This document shows positions 36,657 to 47,830 of a stretch of 64,000 nucleotides of DNA, piece after piece. The notes under the pieces are model-generated. The model was not told the DNA's origin and did not search any database. It saw nothing but the letters and a program-made list of their open reading frames with translations. Position 1 is the first letter of the stretch; every line of letters starts with the position of its first letter. The DNA is from Calcarisporiella thermophila CBS 279.70 (lineage: Eukaryota > Fungi > Calcarisporiellomycota): contig NW_027192205.1 in assembly GCF_041956535.1 (NCBI RefSeq), positions 679,792-743,791 of the forward strand, given 5' to 3'. The position numbers and the translations under genes are program-made.

Positions 36657-38009
36657 TCACTTTAAAATGTATTTCGAAAACTCCTCGTCCTCTTCGAGCC
36701 TTTTTAAAGCTGTCGGGTTTAATGATATAAGAACATTCCACTCACCCTCTGTCCAATGTGGAGGAGATGGCAAGATAATAAGTCTTCCTTCAATAGACCA
36801 TGGTGGAAGCATTGCTCGCAGTGGTGAACCATAACCAAAATCAGCTTCATATACGGCAAATTTCGTCCAGCTACTATTCACTACTTCATTGCGTTGATTT
36901 ATATTTATCGTCACCTTTGATTTATCTGGCTGCTTATCTATCCATTCTAGGTTCTGACGCAAATATTCATTGTTGATTTGAATAAGTGAAGAGCGAATAG
37001 ATTGGGCAACCAAACTCATTTGTTCTTCGTTAGATACTAATTCTGCTGGAAGTCTTGTAAGCTTACAAATAACCAATGACCCAAATGTATTAGCTGGCAG
37101 TGGGGGATCGAATTTGGCTCGGGTATCCACTGAAATTCCGCAGATAACTTCTCGATCACCACCAATATTACGTGCTCGTGTAATTGCGCTCCAAGCATGG
37201 GCGACGAAAGCATCGTGGGTGGAAATACGCATCTCTTTGTCTTTGTTTTTACTCAAGACTGCATCTTTGAGTTTAGTCAATGCTTCTTTAGTAACTACAA
37301 AGCTCCGCACTTTGATATTCGGTGGGGGTGGGGGTGGTGCATTCCTATTGGAGGTCGCTATGAGTTTTGTATCAAGTGTTAAGTCTGGGGGATCGTCGAA
37401 AAACTTGAGATTTTCCTTGTTTGCAATACTACTGCGATCCCATGCCATTTTTTCAAACTCCGCGCCACGTGCGATGCGTCCCCAAGTGTTAACGAAATAC
37501 GAAAGTGAGGAAAAATCGGCAATACTATGATGCATACTAATACCTAATGCTACAGATCCGCAAGGATAGCGAGTAAGGCGAGCAGCAAAGAGTATAGGCG
37601 AAGTTTTTTGTGCATAGGCAGACGTTGAAAACAGCTCTGTTTCTACTTGATCCGGTTGGAAAACATCAGAGCCCGCGTCAGGAAAATTTGAAGTTGTTTG
37701 TGCAACAGAAAAATGTGCCCCCGGCATTGAGCCTCTTTCAAAAGAAACTTCCAAGCTCATGTCTTCAGCTTTGCGAAGACAGCCGCACACAATGGGAATA
37801 GCGTCGACAGTCAGTTTAAGTGATTCAAGTAAACAGGTATGAGGCATAAACGTTTCTTTTGAACTTAGTTCTGGCGGCTTCTTAAAATAATACACAACTC
37901 GAGTATATACTGGAGGCATCATATTCTCGAATCCAGAGAGCCGTAGAGGCTTGGCTGGTAGTATTGCATTGAGAGAAGGTTGGATGCAGAAGTTATCGAG
38001 AATATCCAT
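36657..38009 (-). CDS. BAHD/transferase-family acyltransferase, intronless
   Basis: HxxxD (HHSIAD) and DFGWG-like (DFGYG) motifs; ISTHDAFVAHAW. Confidence 0.92.
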   Translation of the reverse strand: MDILDNFCIQPSLNAILPAKPLRLSGFENMMPPVYTRVVYYFKKPPELSSKETFMPHTCLLESLKLTVDAIPIVCGCLRKAEDMSLEVSFERGSMPGAHFSVAQTTSNFPDAGSDVFQPDQVETELFSTSAYAQKTSPILFAARLTRYPCGSVALGISMHHSIADFSSLSYFVNTWGRIARGAEFEKMAWDRSSIANKENLKFFDDPPDLTLDTKLIATSNRNAPPPPPPNIKVRSFVVTKEALTKLKDAVLSKNKDKEMRISTHDAFVAHAWSAITRARNIGGDREVICGISVDTRAKFDPPLPANTFGSLVICKLTRLPAELVSNEEQMSLVAQSIRSSLIQINNEYLRQNLEWIDKQPDKSKVTININQRNEVVNSSWTKFAVYEADFGYGSPLRAMLPPWSIEGRLIILPSPPHWTEGEWNVLISLNPTALKRLEEDEEFSKYILK

Positions 38010-39356
38010 TTTCGCAGAAAATGCACAATGTGTTGTTGTGAAGCAATCTTCCTAAGAAAGTCTTCATATAATCAGACATGCGACGCTTCTCATTATTCTT
38101 TCTATTTATAACCTCTCTCCCCCCCCCCCCAAAGCTTGCCAACTTCATTCTCGCCACCGTTTGCCTTGCATGTGGGAAAAATAATCCAGATTCTTGCATA
38201 AGCATGGCGATCGTGATAATTAATAGTCTCCGCGATTTCGTTTCATCCCCGTAAATCTACTAAGTAAAAAGTTAAATTTGCCACAAAAGAAGCCGGGGAT
38301 TCCATCCCACTCTCTTGGCGGTCTCCTGTAGATTCCCTAACTACCATTTTTTCGAAGCTTTATGTACATAATTTTCATACACAGGGGGTTGTATTTTTGG
38401 GAGAAATTCCTGGCATAGGATAGAGGTTCGGGAGCACCGGTTGGTAACCTCAAAGAAAATAGGTTCAATATGCTAACGAGCAAAACCTTTCTCCCTTTGA
38501 AGTTTCCTCCTTCTTTCAAACGCTGTTGCAAACTTTTCTAACCTATTTTATAAAGTGCTAAGGGGTTTAAGAGCGGATAAAAACGCCGCTAGCACAACTA
38601 AGAATGTTATAGGGTTTCGAGCATGACTTATGGAGTGTATTATGGTAAGTGTCAGGTTATGCAATAATACAATTGTTAAATTGGATATCGAGGTAAATGT
38701 TAGGTTAAGTACTGGTATATTATTAGGGGAAGATTTAGGTTAGGTTAGAAAAAAAGAAAAACCTACTAGAGGAAGGGAAAGTTTTGATGGTGGTTTTTAG
38801 AAAGATAGTACAGGTGATTGTGTATCGATTGCACTAAAAATGAGAGCTCTAGGATGGATATTCGCAGAGTTATAAGCCCTCAAAGTTTTTGCTATAATAC
38901 TAGAGATTTATATCTACAATGTAAATAGTGTAGTCATCATAAATTTCATAATTCATATTTCTAAAACTGCGATTCTGTCTGATTTTTGTGGAAACTCTCT
39001 TAGGCTATTAACAATTCAACCCCCCAAAACCCCTTATGAACAAAATGCTACTTCAACCTTAATTCACTAACCTACAATAGATGTCCCAACTATAAGATTT
39101 AGATGATAATATGATAAGATGCATTTGCTTCGATAATACATTTATAATAATCAATAATTTGTGTATCTTCTTTATTTTAAGCATATGTATGTTGTCAAGT
39201 AGCAGCCAGGACACCAGAACGTGATATTAAGAGTGGCGGAGGTTTGTCTCCTGATTTATTTTATGGCTTGTGTTATAATGCCACATTGCCACATTATTTG
39301 CGAGGTTGAAAACAAAATGCGATATTAAATGAGTATACTCTCACAACCCCATTAAG

Positions 39357-40643
39357 ATGGAATCTCAAAGAAATATTAGCCAGTATCATTCCAATGAAAC
39401 AGCGCATAATGGAGAATCGCGAAGCCTCATTCCGAAAACTAATCGATTGAGCTCACTTTATTTTGTGCTGGCCTTTGGTGTAGTCAGCATGCTCTCTGAC
39501 ATTGTCTACGAGGGAGCACGTGCTATTACGGGTCCTTTTCTTGCGAAATTGGGGGCTAGTGGAGCGCTTGTTGGGATAATCACCGGTACAGGTGAAGCGG
39601 TAGCGCTTGTTCTACGTCTTTTCATAGGACGTTTATCGGATCGAACTCGTAAGTATTGGACCCTCACCATTGCAGGATACGCAATCACAATTGTGTCTGT
39701 GCCGCTTCTCTCGGTGGCAAACACATTGTGGCAAGCCGTAATTCTTGTGATTGCCGAGCGATTTGGTAAAGCGGTACGTGCTCCTGCTCGGGACACAATG
39801 CTTGCTCATGCCGGAAGCCATCTTGGACTTGGGCGGGCATTTGCATTTCACGAGGCTCTCGATGAATCGGGTGCACTCATTGGCCCATTGATTGTCGCAG
39901 GTATGATCGCTCTCTCCGGTTATAAATTGGCATTTGCAATTCTTGCTATACCAGGAATACTTGCGTTAATGATGCTGGCTTGGATTCGTAATGTGGTGCC
40001 TAATCCTTCTGCGTACGAGCATGAGCATGATACTCTTGAACATGACCAACATCAACCATCTGACCCCCCATCATCGGCGACTTATTTTGTGTTCTCGAGT
40101 ACATACTGGATCTATAGCTTGTTCACTGCGTTTTCCATGGCAGGTTTTGCCACATTTGGTCTTCTTTCTTTTCACTTAGAGACAAAAAGAGTTGTTGAAC
40201 CTGTGCTAATTCCAGTGATATACTCCACGGTGATGGGAACCGCTGGTCTTTCTGCACTCTGTTCGGGTCGTCTCTATGACCGAATTGGAATGAGTGTGCT
40301 TGTGATTGCGCCATTACTTGGAATTGCAGCGCCGTTTTTATTTTTCGCTACTAACCCGACTCAAGCCTGGTTGGGCAATCTTTTATGGGGGGCCGCTACG
40401 GGTATTCACGGCTCAACCATGCGAGCTGCCGTCGCTGGCTTAGTCCCTTCTGTTTGTCGTGGCCAAGGATACGGTACTTTCACCGCGGTGTATGGGTTGG
40501 CGTGGCTAATGGGGGGATCCATCATTGGCATTCTATACGATCGTAATATCACCTGGGCGATTACATTCTCAGTGTCTCTCCAAGCTTTATCCTTTGTTGT
40601 ACTTTCCTTTTTACTTGGCAGGCGTACAGACCATCGAACCTAA
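39357..40643 (+). CDS. Major facilitator superfamily transporter (prokaryote-like subfamily), intronless
   Basis: About 12 hydrophobic segments; GRLSDRTRK and GRLYDRIG motif A; SDIVYEGARAITGPFL and ERFGKAVRAPARD signatures. Confidence 0.9.
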   Translation: MESQRNISQYHSNETAHNGESRSLIPKTNRLSSLYFVLAFGVVSMLSDIVYEGARAITGPFLAKLGASGALVGIITGTGEAVALVLRLFIGRLSDRTRKYWTLTIAGYAITIVSVPLLSVANTLWQAVILVIAERFGKAVRAPARDTMLAHAGSHLGLGRAFAFHEALDESGALIGPLIVAGMIALSGYKLAFAILAIPGILALMMLAWIRNVVPNPSAYEHEHDTLEHDQHQPSDPPSSATYFVFSSTYWIYSLFTAFSMAGFATFGLLSFHLETKRVVEPVLIPVIYSTVMGTAGLSALCSGRLYDRIGMSVLVIAPLLGIAAPFLFFATNPTQAWLGNLLWGAATGIHGSTMRAAVAGLVPSVCRGQGYGTFTAVYGLAWLMGGSIIGILYDRNITWAITFSVSLQALSFVVLSFLLGRRTDHRT

Positions 40644-41887
40644 AATCTACTCTAAGAGCATGCTAAAGCATAGAGAATGGAGCTTTGGCGCCTTATTTGT
40701 GATGGCTTCTTTATTTAAGTATTGAGTAGCCATGCAACTATCCCTTCTGCTCTACCATCACCCTCTACAAAATCACTTGAAAACCAATCCACTGCTTTTA
40801 ATGAAAGTCAGACTTGTAGTTTCCAGTTCAGGGCGTGATAGAGGAGGAATATTTGCATTATGTAGATCTCCATGAAAATTCTCACTACACATCTAAATCC
40901 GAAGTTGATGATCTGGTGATGTTCTTTTAGTGTAACACTAGTGATAGAAGCTTCACAGCCTACTTCTCTAATCTCATTTGCATATACGGATCTCAAACTT
41001 AGGTGAAAACTTTAGATTTTCACTTTAAATGCCGTCGATGAATTCAAAAACTCACATAAAAATTTAATTTTTTCTTTGGGAAAAAAGGTAATACTTATGA
41101 GCTAAATTGCAAATCTGAATACATTGAAAATTACATATGCAGAAATGAAGTAAAGAAATACATTATATAGTATGTGATGCCTTTAATTTTTAATTGATGT
41201 GTTATAAAATAATAAACAATCCAGTCGAATTTCTATACTAATTGCATTTTCTAGAATGGCAGGTGATAACAGATTTGACTCGACAAATGAGCAGATAAGT
41301 AATCTCCCCAAAAACATAATAAGGAGTCGAATATCAATATATGGAATATTATTAAACGAAGAAATATTCTTCAAACACATGTATACGTGTAATTGCTAAA
41401 ATAATACAAAAAATTACATATTAATTCTTACTTAAGCCTAGCGTATGCGACGGCTTAAGGGAAATGGACAAGGCAAAGTCAGCAGTCTATTTTTTTTTAT
41501 CTCCTTTAAAACTACTGTATATTTTGTAATTAAGTTTGAATTTGTGTGTTTACACTTATTAGTATCGACTACGGATATAATAAAAAAAACTCAAGGTTTG
41601 GACGTCACCTTAATGAATTTGAATTGCGTTTAGTTAAGGATCTTAAGGGCTTATTTCGAGCCACTATGCGCACCCGTATATAAAAGCAACTCCATTGATT
41701 TAGAATACAAATTTTGATAAAAAAATACCCAATAATGCGAGTTTGGATCGCATCAAACATATTAAACTCGAAAGATTCAACAAAATTTAAATATTCTCGT
41801 TTATTACTACGACAGTAGAACAAAGTTGTTCATTAAGTTGAGAATATATTGAAAAATTCAATACGATATCCGCTCTTATAAATTAAA

Positions 41888-42151
41888 TTATTTTTTGCAG
41901 TATGAGTCTTTACCATCACCAACAATACAACCTTTTTTGCATACTCCAAGATCCTTAGCAACTGCACCATAGCGGGAGCACTGGAAAATGTGGTCATTCA
42001 GATTGGTTCCACAACCCCCCTCGTAGGGAAGTTCAACTCCACAATAGAGCCCTCGTCCTTGGCCCTTTTTACAATAACATTTGGCATCGGTGGAACCGAT
42101 CAAGGCAAATACAGCGGAAGCAAGCGCAAAGGTATAAACAATAGCTTTCAT
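41888..42151 (-). CDS. Small secreted cationic Cys-rich peptide (8 Cys)
   Basis: Signal peptide then KCYCKKG..GLYCG..GC..IFQC..GVCKKGC..SYCKK; TATAAAAA upstream on the minus strand at about 42240. Confidence 0.8.
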   Translation of the reverse strand: MKAIVYTFALASAVFALIGSTDAKCYCKKGQGRGLYCGVELPYEGGCGTNLNDHIFQCSRYGAVAKDLGVCKKGCIVGDGKDSYCKK

Positions 42152-44263
42152 TTTAGATTGTCGATTGGTATGGTTATTAAGATATAGGATCGATATTCTT
42201 GGATTTACTGGTTATACCGGTAGAAAGTGGCCTTTTTATACCTTTGGTCTTTATTCAAAACTAGATTATACCTCGTTTAAAATAAAAAATAAGTTGGATG
42301 ACTCAATACAAGAACCTAGACTTGAGTTTAGGGTAACATTTAAACAATCAGTTTTCTATTCGGATTCATTTAAAGTGAAGTGACTTGTTACCATGATTCA
42401 GTAAAGAGATAAATTCGAACATACAAGTACCTTTTTGGTACATCCGTTGATATTAGAGTTGCCGTTGATGAACCTTCACTCATTTTTTGAATGCGAATCT
42501 GAAAACTATAATGGGTCATACCACTTTCCAAAGTGTATTTACAAGATGGCAAACCCACGCGCAAATATCCATGTTCTTTGGTGTGTTGATATAGTTACAT
42601 AATGATTATATCAAAGGGTTGGCATTTACATTAGGTAATATTCTTTATCTCTCATTTAGTTTTTCAAAAGTAAATAACTAATTGAAAATCAAAGATTCGA
42701 AGCAAATAAGACTTTCATGCTCATCAAAACATAAACTATACTATACCATAAAAGTAAAAAAGTCTTATGGTCTCTGCATTTACTTCTCATGAAGTCAAAT
42801 AAAGTATCCGAATATCATGTGTAGAGGTAACTCCCTACCTAATAAACTCTATTGTTTATACTTATATGCTAGTGACTAAGGTGTATATTTCTAATTAATA
42901 GCTTTTTGGGTATTTGAGTTTTAAAACGACTTGGTGTTAATAAAATATTTTATAAAAAAGCACAATGGAGGGGCAATACTAATCAACTATGAATACCTGT
43001 GAGAGTAAGTAACTATATTTTACAATCCCAAAAAATATACATACAATTAGAAAATACAATAGACAAGATCATATTTGGCGTGTCCATGGGACAATCCAAG
43101 AAATGTTTTGCCGAAGACTTGGGTGGAGATTTGAGAATAGTGGTGAGTCTAGTTACCCAATCTATATACGGTAATAAAAAGGACTGGTCACTTAACCCAT
43201 CCCGCTCAAATGAACTTTATATTTCCTGTGAGTAATTATTTACCGATAATAAAATTCTCGACACTTGAGTCACTAATTGGAACTTTTATTCGTTAAGAGT
43301 ATTTTTTTATTTATAATCTTTATATAATTTTCCGATTTTTGGAGTTTTGAGAGTCATGTACCCTTTACTATATTTATATTTTTTTCTTCTCGATATTTGC
43401 TCTACTATTGAGATGACCAGATTTGTCTTTACCCCAATAATATGTGTATTCAAGCAATTTATTCCCTTAGGACTATAGTTTCATTTAGGTAAATTTCAAA
43501 AAGCTTCAAAAAAAGAATAATATATTTCTGAAATAAACAATGAAGTGAAAGTGGAAATATGATAAGTAATATATTTGAGCTAAGCCATAGCTATCCTGAA
43601 TTCAAGTAACATAAATGAATGACTGTTCTAAAAAATTTCTGTAATTAGAAACTTTATACCGATCAAATCGGATTTGTGAATGGAAATAAAAATCAAATCA
43701 AATAATCCATGCAAATCACGATAGACTTAAGTCAAAAGTGAGCAAACTTGCTTCAATTTATTATAACCAATTACTATATATTATAATCTCAAAGAATAGG
43801 GCAAAATTCAAGGTTGAAGCATAGCAAGTTTTTAAGGAAATATGGCCTCTTGTAGTAGTTGTCTCTTTACAGCATTTAAATAATAATTCATTAAGAACCA
43901 TTTTCCTAGATTCTTTATGAAAACTTCAGGTCATTTTTTAGGTCACAAGATTGTAATATGATGTTGAGAATGAGCTGAGCATCTCAATAAAAAAACAGTC
44001 TAAATTTTGGGTCCGTGCCAAGGAGCATAATGGTCTTTTGTCAATTTTTTACGGACTATTCTGCCGAGAATTCTTAGCAAGAAATCTAGAAATTTAAGTT
44101 GAAATTACTCGCAAGTGGCCAAATTACTCTATATGGTAACTCTTACGAATATCCTTACGTCAAAACTACCTACTCTACTACGCCACTGATTGATTCGTAT
44201 AAATATCGCCACTGTTTTTTCTATTCTCAGACAAACTGAATTAAGCGAAGTTAAAGGAAAACC

Positions 44264-45994
44264 ATGATAAAATACGTCGTTTTAGTTGTGTTTAGTCTCA
44301 CCCTCTTACACACGGCCATAGCACGAAAATGCCTCTGCTTACCAAGTGATGACTGCTGGCCTAACCCTCAAGATTGGGCAAGCTTCAATGCATCCGTTGG
44401 AGGGCAACTTCTTATACCCACCCCGCCTGCACAGCCATGCCATTTGCCACACTATGACGAAGCTGCCTGCCATCAAGTGATGCAAAATTGGAACAATTCG
44501 TTCTGGCGAAGTGATCAAGTGGGTGCTATGCAGAATACTAACTGGGAAATGGATGGCGGTCAGGGGTGCCCTCTTGGAACGGATAAAAATGCGCCGTGTC
44601 TTCAAGGGTCGATACCAGCATATGCAGTCAACGTCAGCAGTATTTCTGATGTTCAGAAAACAATAAAATTTGCGACTGATCGAAAACTCCGCCTGGTGAT
44701 CAAAAACTCAGGACATGATCATCTTGGCCGGAGTAGCGCACCGGGATCTCTTAGCCTTTGGACACATCATCTTAAAAACATCACGTTCCATGATAATTTC
44801 ATGGCCGAAAATTGTGACTTGAGGGGAACGAGCCCTGCCGTTACCGTGGGGGCTGGTGTTCATTGGGCGGAATTGTATCGGGAGGTCAAGAAACGAAACA
44901 TCATAATTGTGGGTGGTTCGTCTGCCACCATTGGTGCCGCTGGTGGTTATGTTCAAGGGGGAGGACATAGCGCATTGTCACCTTTATATGGGTTGAGTGC
45001 TGATAACGTACTTGAGTTCAAAGTAGTTACTGCTGATGGTGAGCTGCGGACAGCCAATGCTTGCCAAAACAAAGATTTGTTTTGGGCCTTGCGGGGTGGT
45101 GGAGGCGGTACATTTGGAGTCGTTATATCCGCCACGCATAGGACTTACAAGGAGCTTGATGGAGTTGTGGCGACATTTTACAGTATTGCCGCCAACAATT
45201 CTGATAGTAATCGGTTTATGGTGAAGGAGTTTATGAAGATACACCCTTCTCTTTCGGATGCCGTGTTCTCTGGATATTTCTTCCTGTTCGACAAAAACCT
45301 GACTTTTGTTTATCTCTATCCAAGCGCCAATGAAACCCATGCTAATATCACACTTGCTCCATTACTGACGTCTTTGCAGGGGCAGAAAGGATTAACTGTC
45401 ATGGGGACTACACGTACTCTCCCTTCCTACATGAGTTGGCATCAATTTATAAAATGTTCTGCTAATTCGCTCTGCACGGATCCTGTCGGTGATAATGCGA
45501 TTATCGGATCAAGATTAATCCCAAGAGAGAACTTCGAAACGGATCAAGGCTTGGATCAATTGACAGATGCCCTAATACAAGTCACGAAAGCTCCATTAAC
45601 TGATCAGTGGATTCTTGGGATGTTTGTAGCGGGAGGGGCTGTTGCCCGTAACAACGGAAGCGAGACTTCAGTTAACCCGGCTTGGCGGAAGACGTTGGTT
45701 CATATGGAATTCACGACTACGTGGGCCAATAATGCGACTCAAGAGGAGATAAGTCGCCGTGCCGAAGCAGTAACACGCACTACTCAGCTACTCAAAGATA
45801 TCACTCCTGGCTCTGGGGTTTATATCAATGAAGCGGACCCAAATGACCCGGAGTGGCAACAGTCTTATTTTGGAGCAAATTATCCTCGTCTTAAAGCCAT
45901 CAAAAGAACGATTGATCCACAAGGACTATTTAGGTGCCGAAAATGCGTGGGAAGTGAAGATTGGACAGAGGATCTCAATTGCGAAAAGAGCTAA
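44264..45994 (+). CDS. Secreted FAD-linked oxidoreductase, berberine-bridge/VAO family, intronless
   Basis: Signal peptide; C..C.P.D.CWP, KNSGHDHLGRS flavinylation His, GGGHSALS, DLFWALRGGGGGTFGV, YINEAD..YFGANYPRL..IK...DP. Confidence 0.95.
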   Translation: MIKYVVLVVFSLTLLHTAIARKCLCLPSDDCWPNPQDWASFNASVGGQLLIPTPPAQPCHLPHYDEAACHQVMQNWNNSFWRSDQVGAMQNTNWEMDGGQGCPLGTDKNAPCLQGSIPAYAVNVSSISDVQKTIKFATDRKLRLVIKNSGHDHLGRSSAPGSLSLWTHHLKNITFHDNFMAENCDLRGTSPAVTVGAGVHWAELYREVKKRNIIIVGGSSATIGAAGGYVQGGGHSALSPLYGLSADNVLEFKVVTADGELRTANACQNKDLFWALRGGGGGTFGVVISATHRTYKELDGVVATFYSIAANNSDSNRFMVKEFMKIHPSLSDAVFSGYFFLFDKNLTFVYLYPSANETHANITLAPLLTSLQGQKGLTVMGTTRTLPSYMSWHQFIKCSANSLCTDPVGDNAIIGSRLIPRENFETDQGLDQLTDALIQVTKAPLTDQWILGMFVAGGAVARNNGSETSVNPAWRKTLVHMEFTTTWANNATQEEISRRAEAVTRTTQLLKDITPGSGVYINEADPNDPEWQQSYFGANYPRLKAIKRTIDPQGLFRCRKCVGSEDWTEDLNCEKS

Positions 45995-46479
45995 AGTAAA
46001 TTCGAAAGAGTTATCTTTTTTATTCCTTTAATTATTTGGAGAATTAGAATTTTTTTTGATATGTAATTTACTCGACAAAATATATATCAAATAAAATTTA
46101 ATGTTCTTATTAATTCCATTCAAATTTATAAACCCGAATGACATGATCGACGTAGATATACTTCAGTTCGGTTATAACGGTTGGTTTCAGTAATAAAATG
46201 CTTTATCTACTCGACTGCAAACCTGTCTGAGACAAACAAGACACCTCAGGACATACATCGCAACCATTATATTCTGAAGGCGAGAGAGAAGAGTAAACAC
46301 TTAGATCGTCAAGCTGGCAGAAATATTTCTGTTAATCAGTCTTAAGATAGATGATAATGGACAATACTGTATAGTATAGTCGTAATCATATTTCGACATT
46401 TTTAGATTTATCTTGCTTTTAATTTCTTACATTATAGAAATCCCCCCCTTTCCTAATGGATTTCCCTTACTTTTTCGTC

Positions 46480-46969
46480 TATCCCTATTCTGCTCACGGC
46501 ATCAAATGTGGAATTAGTGCGTTGTAAAAACCATGGGGTATAGGACTGAGCAGAATAACTTCTTGGAGGGAGAGTCAATTCCTGAACTGGGAAATTTGTG
46601 AGGTAATTGTGGAGGGAGTGAGAGTTTCTGGAGTTCGCGTAGATACCGGAGGGGGCAATCGACTGCTCATTGGCGTCCGTGATCGCCACCTCAACGGAAT
46701 TTTAGGAGAGAATAAACCTCTGTACCAGGGCACCGAGTACTAGATTAGAGTGGGAGTTCGCCAACCATTGCTGAGTGGAAAAAGGTGACTTCTCATGGAC
46801 ACAGTTAGCAGCGGTCTTGACCACCCGCTGTATAAAAGTATATGAACAGCACTCGCAGGAATGCACTGAGTGCTGCCTGACCCGTGCTGCTACCATGCAG
46901 CCCCATATTGTGCTAGCTCCACTTTCAAGTTCTAGGCGATCGGATCAAGGGGAGACAGAGGATCTATAA
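46480..46969 (+). pseudogene. Internally deleted copy of unknown gene 'A'
   Basis: 46480-46770 aligns by eye to about 51190-51480, and 46775-46940 aligns to about 53040-53200. Confidence 0.7.
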
Positions 46970-47830
46970 GATTCAGAAGGATATTTATTTGATATGGCGG
47001 CAATCCGATAACTAGCGATGGTGCCTAGTGCCTAGTGCCTGGTTGAGATTCATGTCGAGCGGGTATGCTACCAATCTAGTTTATATACCGACCGTACGCG
47101 ATGATGATCATGCTTATGTAGCCAATATCGATAGCAGCGGCATTAGCGTGTTCAGGTTAATGATAAAAAAACAAACGAGTTTTACACTATACTCAATATA
47201 CTGCGATTTTCTGCGAGTTCTGTACATTGTTAATCAACACAATGTATGATCGCGGTCGTTACTAATCGTGTCTATGAGATGTTATCGTGTTCAGTCATAT
47301 AGAGTTTATTTGAATACTTCGTCTTTTAGTTTTATTATAAAGAGCCAACTCTGATGCAGAGAGAGTTGAAATGAAAAGGGCGCGCGCTATCAAGTCGGAA
47401 TAAGCCCTGAGATTTAGCTTGGTCTCAATAGTAGGTATCGCAGTGTGAAGCATTGGAAGGGGTAGGCAACCTTATTTCCACCGCATTATTGATACTCAAT
47501 AGTAAATATTTCCCGAAATTACAGGAAACCTTAGTTTTAATAAAATTGATTCTTTCTCCTGAAAATCACCATGGCCAATAAATATTTGTACCTAACCTAA
47601 ATACTTAAATTTTCATATCATATACATCAAGAGCTGTGTTATCGCTCTTATTCAGTTAGGTCATTAATCCTTATTAAGTTAAAACTCTTTTATTGACATT
47701 AATTAAGCTTTATTAATTGAATTTTAATGAATCAACATTTTCATGAATTTCTGACCTATATGCTGCGCCAATTTAATTTCTAAGAAGCGGTATATAAGAA
47801 TAATCATTGATTCAAGAAAGAAATTTAACC

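Noticed and set aside
38690-38760. TTAGG-like motifs as interstitial telomere repeats (also about 1645)
   Set aside because: Too few and too irregular to support
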